From positions 5,193 to 69,192 of IMG/VR virus record IMGVR_UViG_3300008050_000037: a DNA stretch of 64,000 bases; one strand, 5' to 3'. The translations under genes were made by a program, and so were the position numbers. Origin of the DNA: a virus. The notes beneath the pieces are model-generated. The model saw nothing but the letters and a program-made list of their open reading frames with translations, was not told where the DNA came from and made no database searches. Position 1 is the stretch's first letter; each line of letters begins with the position of its first letter. Positions 36,530 through 44,345 of this stretch are shown here, one piece after another.

Positions 36530-37889
36530 TTTGTTTTTCTCCTATGAACTTTTTATATGCCTCTTTTAAGCTTTTTCGTTCTTCTTTCGCGACAGTCATC
36601 TTAATGTCTCCAATGGTTTCATCAGTCTGCTCTAATACTTTTATCTTTACATTACTGGTGTCCATAAAAATAGGAAATATAATACCATCTGGCCCATTCC
36701 TATTTTTGGCGATAAACATTCTACCGGTATTTGCATTTTTATCCCTGATCGTTCTCGATATTGTAAAAATAAAATCAGCAACGAAGCACTTATTAAATGC
36801 CTCTGAAATAGATTCCATAGTTATAACCTCCGCATTTAAGCCCGAACGATTGGTTTGTGAAGCTGTCCAAATAGGACATTTAAATTCTTGTGCCAAAGCT
36901 CTTAATCCTTCATAAATAGACTCCAACTCTTCTCTTTTCTCCCTAAAACGCGAGGTTGTTTTGAGCAAATCAGCGTAATCTACTAGAATTAAATCGATTT
37001 CTTTGTCAGATTTTTTTAATTTTTCTAAATGTAGGCGCAAAGTATTAACAGAAGCAGATTTTGTTGGGTATTCTTTAATGATTAATTCTCCCTCAACGTC
37101 GATGCTACTTTCGTATACCGTCTCTTTCAAGGCGTGCAAGTCTTGAAGTTTGATTCCGCTTATACAACTATCATAGCGCTGGCCAGTCCTCTCTTCCGAA
37201 AGTTCCAAAGTGTAGTGTACAACACTCTTCCCCTCTCTTAAAGCAGAGGTACCCAGGTGTGCCAAAACCATAGACTTGCCAGCACCTGTTGGAGCAATAA
37301 CAACACCCAGTTCACCCTTACCCAGGCCGCTTTTGCTTATCTTATCAATTTTTTCCCATCCAGTTGTAACGGGATTTCTTGCACGCAGAAGGTACCTGGA
37401 TTCGAAATCTTTCTTAAAGTCATGACCAAAATTATTATCGCTGCCCAACTTAAGGGCACAATCAATAACATCCTTGATCTCATCAAATGAAGAATTTTGT
37501 AATAAATCTACAGACTTAATCATCGCTTCTTTTAACTTTTGCTTCTTGCAAAAGTCTAGAGATGTTTCTTTGATATAGTCACTATCATTTATTTTTCTGA
37601 TACATGTTCTGGCGAAATAATCTCGTACTTGTTTTTGTGTCGTTTCATTTTCGCTAGCCAGATCAGTTCTCAAGATACTAGCTACGATATTTTTAGTTGG
37701 ATGAACTCCATACTTTTTTCTATAATCAAAAACTTTACTAACAAAAACTCGCAAATACTTCAATTCAAAAAAACTAGTATCTAACACTTCTTCTATTTGA
37801 TCTGAAAAAGGACGATCTTCTAGAATTAGATGTACCAGTGTTTCTTGGAAGGACTTGCCGTATTTGGAAAAACCAATTTCTTCGGTCAT
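36513..37889 (-). CDS. Replicative DnaB/gp41-like helicase
   Basis: APTGAGKS, YTLE, VDYADL, TASQTNR, KNRNG. Confidence 0.9.
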   Translation of the reverse strand: MTEEIGFSKYGKSFQETLVHLILEDRPFSDQIEEVLDTSFFELKYLRVFVSKVFDYRKKYGVHPTKNIVASILRTDLASENETTQKQVRDYFARTCIRKINDSDYIKETSLDFCKKQKLKEAMIKSVDLLQNSSFDEIKDVIDCALKLGSDNNFGHDFKKDFESRYLLRARNPVTTGWEKIDKISKSGLGKGELGVVIAPTGAGKSMVLAHLGTSALREGKSVVHYTLELSEERTGQRYDSCISGIKLQDLHALKETVYESSIDVEGELIIKEYPTKSASVNTLRLHLEKLKKSDKEIDLILVDYADLLKTTSRFREKREELESIYEGLRALAQEFKCPIWTASQTNRSGLNAEVITMESISEAFNKCFVADFIFTISRTIRDKNANTGRMFIAKNRNGPDGIIFPIFMDTSNVKIKVLEQTDETIGDIKMTVAKEERKSLKEAYKKFIGEKQNGIVK

Positions 37890-37931
37890 CTGTGCCTCAC
37901 CACTGTTTGTTATAATATATTATCGAATATA

Positions 37932-38897
37932 CTAATTGTCAATAACAATTCTTCTGAAACACGCTTGAAGTTCTAGCCAATCTAGATCGCCAAAGCCGTC
38001 ATTTGTCATATGTTTAATAACTTCGGTCTTGTTGAAGGTTATGTCTGCATTTTTGATTGTTTCTCGAATCGTTTTTTTAGCATCGATATTTAAACTTGGA
38101 GTATACAACTGCATCATCTGGTAGTTTCTTTCCAAAATGTTCGTTTTGGAAACTACGTTTCGATAAACTTTTAGTTCATTTTCTCGGAGCTGATCTTTAG
38201 AGTATGTTACGATGTCAGCTATGGTTTTGCTCTCCTCTTCAACCAGAAAAGGAAATCTTTTACTAACTGTTTTCAGGCCACAATTACCAATACCTTCTAA
38301 GTTATCAGACTTGTCTCCTGCCATAGCTCTAGCTAGCGCAAAATTGTTTGGATGAATTCCAAATCTCTCAACAATATTTCTTTTGTTTAAAACTTCTTTT
38401 TGGATGGGACGATACAAAACCGTTTCTCCATTCAAGAGTTGAAGAAAGTCTTTGTCGCTTGAGACTATTATCTTTTGCGATCCCTCTAACTGTGGAAGAT
38501 TAGAAATATATGCTATAATATCATCAGCCTCAACTCCACTAAAAATTAACTGTATGACCGGCATGTTGTTGAAGTATTCAACAATGCGTTGCATTTGCCA
38601 AATTTTATTTGATTTTTCTTCATTCTCTGTAAGAGTTCTGATATCTCGATTTAAGCGCAGCGGTTTTCGGCCGGCCTTATAATCCTTTTTCATTAACTTA
38701 CGTTTCTTTGATCCGCCTTCTCCATCCCAACAAATAATAATCTTATCCGGCTTAGTTTCACGACAAATCTTTTGTAAAGATTTGACGGTACCGACTAGGC
38801 CGCCAATTGGCTGGCCGTTATTTGAAAGAGACGGGTTGACGATGTAAGAACGAAAAAATAAATTTAATTGATCTATTAACAGTATTCTTTTAGGCAA
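37932..38897 (-). CDS. 5'-3' exonuclease / RNase H (flap endonuclease family)
   Basis: LID, WDG, YKAGR, EADD, SSDKDFLQL, GDKSDN. Confidence 0.9.
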   Translation of the reverse strand: MPKRILLIDQLNLFFRSYIVNPSLSNNGQPIGGLVGTVKSLQKICRETKPDKIIICWDGEGGSKKRKLMKKDYKAGRKPLRLNRDIRTLTENEEKSNKIWQMQRIVEYFNNMPVIQLIFSGVEADDIIAYISNLPQLEGSQKIIVSSDKDFLQLLNGETVLYRPIQKEVLNKRNIVERFGIHPNNFALARAMAGDKSDNLEGIGNCGLKTVSKRFPFLVEEESKTIADIVTYSKDQLRENELKVYRNVVSKTNILERNYQMMQLYTPSLNIDAKKTIRETIKNADITFNKTEVIKHMTNDGFGDLDWLELQACFRRIVIDN

Positions 38898-38908
38898 TAT
38901 TATTCTCT

Positions 38909-39247
38909 TTAGTTCTCTCTAAACTCTACTTTGCTAACGGTTAGCACACGAAAAGAGTATACGCCATCAATTTTACGAGCTTGTTGGCTTATTTCTTTTA
39001 AGTCCTCGGACAAAGATTCTTTAATTCTTAAAAATTTAATACGCAGTTTAGCCTGTTCTTTATAAAGAGATAAGGGTTTCGCCGGGCCTATGACAGCAAC
39101 GATCGTTATTTTACATACCGCTCGTATTTGATCTAATATTTCTGTTAAATTCTTTTCTCTGTTGGAGTCTAACATCACAAGAGCTTCATAGAAATCTCTT
39201 TCCAAAGCTTCATAAACCAAGTCTTTAATTATTTTTTTATATTTCAT
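38909..39247 (-). CDS. Hypothetical protein
   Basis: ORF preceded by GACTAATTA motif. Confidence 0.6.
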   Translation of the reverse strand: MKYKKIIKDLVYEALERDFYEALVMLDSNREKNLTEILDQIRAVCKITIVAVIGPAKPLSLYKEQAKLRIKFLRIKESLSEDLKEISQQARKIDGVYSFRVLTVSKVEFREN

Positions 39248-39289
39248 TATCGTCTCTCAGTAATTAATTAGTCAGCTTTTGCCATAAAC

Positions 39290-39754
39290 TTATAATTTGT
39301 AAGATCTTATTTCTCTATCTCCGGCGGTGTATATCACCTTCTTTACTCCGCAGTGCTTGAGTACTTCGTGGCACATTAGACAAGGCTTGGATAATCTATA
39401 CTCACCCTTCCTATTAATCCTTGTAACATAAACTGTGGCGCCACTAGTCTTCGACTTATTAACTCCCATAATGCAGCCAATTTCTGCATGATGTGTGGCG
39501 TGGCCACGATCCGGTCGTCTGAACCTGTTACCAAGAGAATTAAACTTGTCCTTATTAAAGGATGTGTTCAATACAGAGCCTCCCTTGACCAAGACGGCGC
39601 CGTGCTTTATCTTGCCATAGGTGCTTTGTGTTGCCATACTCTTTGCCATCTCTATAAAACGTTGTTGTCTACGAGATGGTTCAAGTAAAAAATCAGCAAT
39701 ATAATTCCTGTCCTTAAACGGCTTATCATCCTCCTTGTTCATTGTGCTCTCCAT
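39290..39754 (-). CDS. Cytidine/dCMP deaminase-fold protein
   Basis: HAE and PCLMC zinc-deaminase motifs. Confidence 0.85.
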   Translation of the reverse strand: MESTMNKEDDKPFKDRNYIADFLLEPSRRQQRFIEMAKSMATQSTYGKIKHGAVLVKGGSVLNTSFNKDKFNSLGNRFRRPDRGHATHHAEIGCIMGVNKSKTSGATVYVTRINRKGEYRLSKPCLMCHEVLKHCGVKKVIYTAGDREIRSYKL

Positions 39755-39798
39755 TAATTAAAGAGTAGGCACACTACTATCATTGTAAAGATAATAAT

Positions 39799-40095
39799 CT
39801 AATATCTTACAATAATACGACGATGGTGCCGATGATGATGATATGCTCTGTTTGGCGACCTATATATATAGTGATGAATCCGGCCGCGCTTGTTATATAC
39901 TGGAATTGAATTTGGTGAAATTTGACGAGTGGCCCTGGCGTGGGAAGACCCGGGATGGCCATAGTGCGCTTGGGTTGCGCTATGGCCACCATATATATGT
40001 CCGGACGGGCGATACGAATTATAATCATCCGCGTATACATAACGCGTGCATGAAGATATCATAGCAAAACAAATTAAAATTATAAACTTATTCAT
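39799..40095 (-). CDS. His/Tyr/Arg-rich putative lipoprotein
   Basis: MNKFIILICFAMISSC signal and lipobox-like Cys. Confidence 0.55.
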   Translation of the reverse strand: MNKFIILICFAMISSCTRYVYADDYNSYRPSGHIYGGHSATQAHYGHPGSSHARATRQISPNSIPVYNKRGRIHHYIYRSPNRAYHHHRHHRRIIVRY

Positions 40096-41207
40096 TTTTC
40101 TTCCCCATCTATATCATAATATTCTGATGCGTCACCGACACGATCCTTGAATTTCAATATAATCTCTCTATCCATAATGTCAAGTACCCTGCTCTTAAAT
40201 TTCTCACTTTGAAGCTTCTCCTTCCACTTTGATGCTTGAAACTTTTCACTACTACCATCTTCATATGTTAGATTATACCAGGCGCCGGCTTGTTTTATAC
40301 TTTCTGTACCCTTTATGGCTTCAAACCAGCTTTCTTCATCTTGAATAAAAATATCTCCACCCCAAAGAATTTTGAAAGTGCATTGACGACCTTGTGTACC
40401 AAAGCGACTTTTCTTGAGTGTACATTTAACTTCAGATCCAACCCTGAAGCCGCGGCCATCCGTTATGAAAGAAGCCTTTGCTTTACGACCCGTAAGCCAT
40501 ATGCGTAATGAATAAGCATACGTTAATGCTTTTCCGCCCGGGGTCACATAAGGTGTAGTCATCGCTTCAGCTATATTATTTGTAATATTAGTCTTAAGTT
40601 GGTTTAAGACCAAGAGCGTTGACTTGGAGTTGGCAATTGGTACCGTTAGTTTTGACATCCCTTTCGAAAGGATCCTCGCTTTGACAGCCATAGAAGATTG
40701 TGGATTAAAATCTCCCTCTATATCACTTATAGCTGGTGTGAGAGCCAAACTATCCCAAATAAATAACATTTTGTTTTCATTAGATCCAAGCAGCTCTTCT
40801 ATTGTTTCTAAGACAAATTCAACACTTTGTGCTTGTACATATAAAAGCTTATCTAGATCACACCCAGCCTTCTCCAAGAAACTTGGATCAATAGCAGATT
40901 CTGAATCGAAATAAATTACATCAATATCCATTTTCTGAGCATTGGCTGCAACTTGTGCTGCCATATAAGATTTACCACTACTCTCCAGGCCAGCAATTTC
41001 AACAATTTTTCCTACTGGAACTCCAGCCAATTGTCCTCGACATATTATGCTATCAAGCCAGCGTGAACCAGTGGGAATCCAGTCTTTAACTTCAGTTGGG
41101 TTATCTTCCCTCAAATTATGTGCGACGGTCACACCCACCTTTTTGTTGATGAGGTTGCGCATTTCATTTAAGTTTAGTCTTCCAAGTTTATTCGGCTTCT
41201 TCGCCAC
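40092..41207 (-). CDS. recA: RecA/UvsX recombinase
   Basis: IPTGS, GLESSGKS, DSE, WDSL, NQL, TPGGKA. Confidence 0.92.
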   Translation of the reverse strand: MAKKPNKLGRLNLNEMRNLINKKVGVTVAHNLREDNPTEVKDWIPTGSRWLDSIICRGQLAGVPVGKIVEIAGLESSGKSYMAAQVAANAQKMDIDVIYFDSESAIDPSFLEKAGCDLDKLLYVQAQSVEFVLETIEELLGSNENKMLFIWDSLALTPAISDIEGDFNPQSSMAVKARILSKGMSKLTVPIANSKSTLLVLNQLKTNITNNIAEAMTTPYVTPGGKALTYAYSLRIWLTGRKAKASFITDGRGFRVGSEVKCTLKKSRFGTQGRQCTFKILWGGDIFIQDEESWFEAIKGTESIKQAGAWYNLTYEDGSSEKFQASKWKEKLQSEKFKSRVLDIMDREIILKFKDRVGDASEYYDIDGEEK

Positions 41208-41646
41208 TTGTCGCCTCGGTATTCTTTACTTCTACCAGCTCAACTTCAAAATTAAGATCTTTTCCAGACAATGGGTGGTTGTGATCTAGTACAACTTCGT
41301 CATCGTCAACAGATGATATAGTTGCTAAAATAGTTTTACCGAGTGTGTTTTTTCCCATAACTCTGCCGCCGACAATAAATTCAAAATCTTTCGGAAATGC
41401 AGACTTGGGTACATTAACAACAGCTGCTTGGTTGGGATCGCCATAAGCATTCTCCAGTCTAAATGACCTAGATTCGCCGACAAGCATGCCAGTAATTTCT
41501 TCCTCAAAGCCGGGTACCATATTTCCTGCTCCCATTTTGAAATCAAGCGTTTGATCTCGTGACAGCGAATCATCAAAAACCGTTCCGTCATCAAGAGTTC
41601 CTTTGTAATGAAGTCTTACTTCACTTCCATTTTCTACTTTACTCAT
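41188..41646 (-). CDS. slyD: FKBP-type peptidyl-prolyl isomerase (SlyD-like)
   Basis: HYKGTLDDGTVFD, PGFE, AYG, DHNHPLSGKDLNF. Confidence 0.88.
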   Translation of the reverse strand: MSKVENGSEVRLHYKGTLDDGTVFDDSLSRDQTLDFKMGAGNMVPGFEEEITGMLVGESRSFRLENAYGDPNQAAVVNVPKSAFPKDFEFIVGGRVMGKNTLGKTILATISSVDDDEVVLDHNHPLSGKDLNFEVELVEVKNTEATSGEEAE

Positions 41647-41668
41647 TATATTTTCCTTTTTTATAGAG

Positions 41669-41693
41669 TGAGGCACCTATAACCCCGTGCCTC
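41669..41693 (-). other. GC-rich hairpin between ssb and slyD, no U-tract
   Basis: GAGGCAC-N10-GTGCCTC inverted repeat. Confidence 0.55.
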
Positions 41694-41711
41694 CCTGCGG
41701 ACATAAGCAAC

Positions 41712-42437
41712 CTATGAAAGAAGCTCAGCAAAAGCCTTGTCTACGGCGTTACCGCCTGATGCAGGAGCAGGGGCTTCAACCTGCGCATCCTCTCCCAGCA
41801 AAAACTCATCAAGCATTTCTTGAACCTGTGCCGGAGTTTTACGCTCGAAGAGCGTTGTAAAATCAGGGATCGAGTCCAACAATTGTGCTGTAGTTTCAGC
41901 ACTCTTTGTCATTGGCGACGGCCGACGGCGTGGCGTAATGCTGGTTTGTGGAAACTGAGCGCCGGGAGGCTTACCGTAATTAATAGTTAAATCGGTACCA
42001 TCTTCGGTATCTGTAATATCTCCGTAATCCGGATTGAGAACCAGGTTAAGTAACTCTGCATATGCAGTCTTACCAAATCCCCAAACACGCACGCCCTTCT
42101 CTTCCTCTCCTCTCACAAGGACAGGGGCAAAAAAGCGCTGGCGCGCAGAAAGATTCTTTGCCATCTTAATGCTCTCTTCCGTACCCTCATTCCAGAGTTG
42201 ACGTACGAATGAATCAAGCGGATCATCCTCTCCAAAATTCTTCTTAGGGCTAAGGAAGCCAGGGTTCTTACCTACATTGTAGTGGAACCAGTACTCCCTA
42301 AACGGATCACCGTCCGAGGTGGGAACAATACGAATAGTTGTTTCCCCATCTTGAGGTCTCCAAAAAGTATCTCGGTTACCATTTTTGTTTTGAAGGGCTT
42401 CTGCCTTCGCTCTCATTTTGTCCATATCTAAAGCCAT
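41712..42437 (-). CDS. Single-stranded DNA-binding protein (gp32-like)
   Basis: FWRP, IRIVP, WFHY, VWGFGK, GDITD..GTD, acidic tail. Confidence 0.8.
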   Translation of the reverse strand: MALDMDKMRAKAEALQNKNGNRDTFWRPQDGETTIRIVPTSDGDPFREYWFHYNVGKNPGFLSPKKNFGEDDPLDSFVRQLWNEGTEESIKMAKNLSARQRFFAPVLVRGEEEKGVRVWGFGKTAYAELLNLVLNPDYGDITDTEDGTDLTINYGKPPGAQFPQTSITPRRRPSPMTKSAETTAQLLDSIPDFTTLFERKTPAQVQEMLDEFLLGEDAQVEAPAPASGGNAVDKAFAELLS

Positions 42438-42500
42438 TATATTCTCCTTTTTTCTTAGATAGAGTCAGTCTGATTAATCTCTCAAACTGCTGTTACATAC

Positions 42501-42528
42501 ATTATACTCACTATGAGCAAAAAGTAAA
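42501..42528 (-). promoter_or_regulatory. Sigma70-like promoter TTTACT-N16-TATAAT upstream of ssb
   Basis: Read from sequence in intergenic DNA. Confidence 0.7.
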
Positions 42529-42537
42529 CATTTAAAT

Positions 42538-43377
42538 TTAAAAATTTTCTTCCTGTATCATAGTTGCGCTTGCGATAACGTAGCCGTAATTCTGCTCATA
42601 ATCATTTGAATATATGCCATACGATGCTTTCGTATTTTCGCTAATGCTACTCTTGACTTGTTCTAGTGTAGTCGCAAGAAGTTGAGAGTCAATCTCTAAT
42701 TGTTTTTCGCAAAAAGAATAATAAAACTTATATTCGCGCGTGTATTCTAGGGGATAAAATAATTTTCTCTCGCCGGAGTCAACATTCAGAATTCCAAACG
42801 TTGATATTTTGGCTGTCGGAATTGGGTCGGAAAAAGTATTCATTATAGAGTCTATATTATCATAGACATTTGTCATATGAACAGTGTTGACTATTAAATC
42901 ATTTATTTTTTCATAATATGTGGTGATCGGTATACCACCTAATATTTTTTCTACCATTGGATTTGAAATAATGAATAGCCTTCTGAAAACGTCGGAGCGC
43001 GCATATTGTTGCAACACTTGAAAGGTGATCTTATCTTGTATTCCCTTCTTGTCCGAGATTAAAGATGCATCTGGTTTTATATAAAGAATATATATATCTC
43101 TGCTATTTAATTGTTCTAAAATTCTCAAAACAGATCCAGAAATTGTTCCGCCGCCGGCGATAATGAACAAGTAGGGAGGTTTCGCATCTTTTAAAAAATA
43201 TTCCAAAGAAGGGCAAAACGACTCGTATTCTTCATGTGAGTTTTGCAGTGGTATCTGTTTAAACTTAGACATTTTATGATGGGCTGAGTCAATGCCGTAT
43301 ACATCATATTGAGAATGCTGTGAAAAACTTGCAGCAATTCTGCAGCCGGCGTTTCCCAAACCAATTATTGTTTCCAA
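42538..43377 (-). CDS. Tubulin/FtsZ-like GTPase (PhuZ/TubZ-like)
   Basis: IIGLGNAGCRIA and degenerate tubulin signature AGGGTISG; ISN..; INDLI. Confidence 0.7.
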   Translation of the reverse strand: METIIGLGNAGCRIAASFSQHSQYDVYGIDSAHHKMSKFKQIPLQNSHEEYESFCPSLEYFLKDAKPPYLFIIAGGGTISGSVLRILEQLNSRDIYILYIKPDASLISDKKGIQDKITFQVLQQYARSDVFRRLFIISNPMVEKILGGIPITTYYEKINDLIVNTVHMTNVYDNIDSIMNTFSDPIPTAKISTFGILNVDSGERKLFYPLEYTREYKFYYSFCEKQLEIDSQLLATTLEQVKSSISENTKASYGIYSNDYEQNYGYVIASATMIQEENF

Positions 43378-43386
43378 TTTATTTCC

Positions 43387-43995
43387 TTACGAATTTGGGC
43401 CCACATCTTTGACCATGGTTCTTTGCTGGCCGCTAGCTTTAAGTTTGTCTTCTAGAAAGCTTGCTAGTGCCCTATTAAAGTCTGGCATCGGCGCAGTGGG
43501 GTCATGGCGAATAAGCATTTCTGTATAGCGAACTACGTTTTTATAATGATCACTTTTTAGGAACTCTACTTCGGTTTTATTATCTAAAATTCCTAGCAAA
43601 GCCGGATCTACACAAAACATATCAAAAAGTTCTTTAAATTTTCCTTCAGCAGCACTTTCGGGATCCTTTCTTGCTTTCTTTAATATGGCTATGAATATAA
43701 CGGCGCCGATGCCGACAAGGGCTGCTGTACCACCTGATGCAGCTGCGAAGGCGGAGAAGGCCGTGAACTCTCCCAAAGCTGCAGCCATGGTAAAAGCCGT
43801 ACTGATAGTGGCAGTGCCATATTTAGCATATTTTGCCTGAACCTCTTTCTTACTCAATTCATTAACGGCAATATCAATCGCCATTACAAGATCTATTGCT
43901 TTTCGTACATTGCATGGAGGGAGACTAGCTTCGCTCAATTGAATAAATTCAGAATATCCGCGCCAGCCCTCCATTATGAACTTCATCTCAGCCAT
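43387..43995 (-). CDS. Hypothetical protein with central hydrophobic region, possibly an internal/ejected virion protein
   Basis: MKFIMEGWRGY N-terminus; Ala/Gly-rich TM-like segments. Confidence 0.6.
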   Translation of the reverse strand: MAEMKFIMEGWRGYSEFIQLSEASLPPCNVRKAIDLVMAIDIAVNELSKKEVQAKYAKYGTATISTAFTMAAALGEFTAFSAFAAASGGTAALVGIGAVIFIAILKKARKDPESAAEGKFKELFDMFCVDPALLGILDNKTEVEFLKSDHYKNVVRYTEMLIRHDPTAPMPDFNRALASFLEDKLKASGQQRTMVKDVGPNS

Positions 43996-43998
43996 GGC

Positions 43999-44310
43999 TC
44001 ATACCTCGGTCGAGGTGTCTTCTGGGCCGCTAGCTGGCAATTCAGCTTGTGCCGCTCTTTCTGAGGCGCCTTTCGCCCTTGAGAACAAGTCAACAATGCT
44101 TCCTTCGGGACGTACTAGTTTATGGATTTTTACCAGCAAGTCGGCAATTAACTGAGGATTGTTTTTTCTCTTAAGTACCTCTAGTCTGGTGCTGATAGCG
44201 GTAACACCAATCATAGCTTCGGCAATCTCCTCAGAAAGACTTGCGCCTTCAGAAATACTTTGCACCTCTTCTTTGATTAAGATTCTTAATTTTTCTTTTG
44301 TTAATTTCAT
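43999..44310 (-). CDS. Putative internal head protein (MKLTKEKLRILIKEE)
   Basis: N-terminal motif shared with 31277-32008; TACTATTTA upstream. Confidence 0.6.
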   Translation of the reverse strand: MKLTKEKLRILIKEEVQSISEGASLSEEIAEAMIGVTAISTRLEVLKRKNNPQLIADLLVKIHKLVRPEGSIVDLFSRAKGASERAAQAELPASGPEDTSTEV

Positions 44311-44345
44311 AAACTCACCCCATCAATGTAACAATAAATAGTATC

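Noticed and set aside
24767-37889. Inteins or introns in dnaE, nrdJ or the helicase
   Set aside because: Lengths are ordinary for these families and no splicing or homing endonuclease motifs were seen
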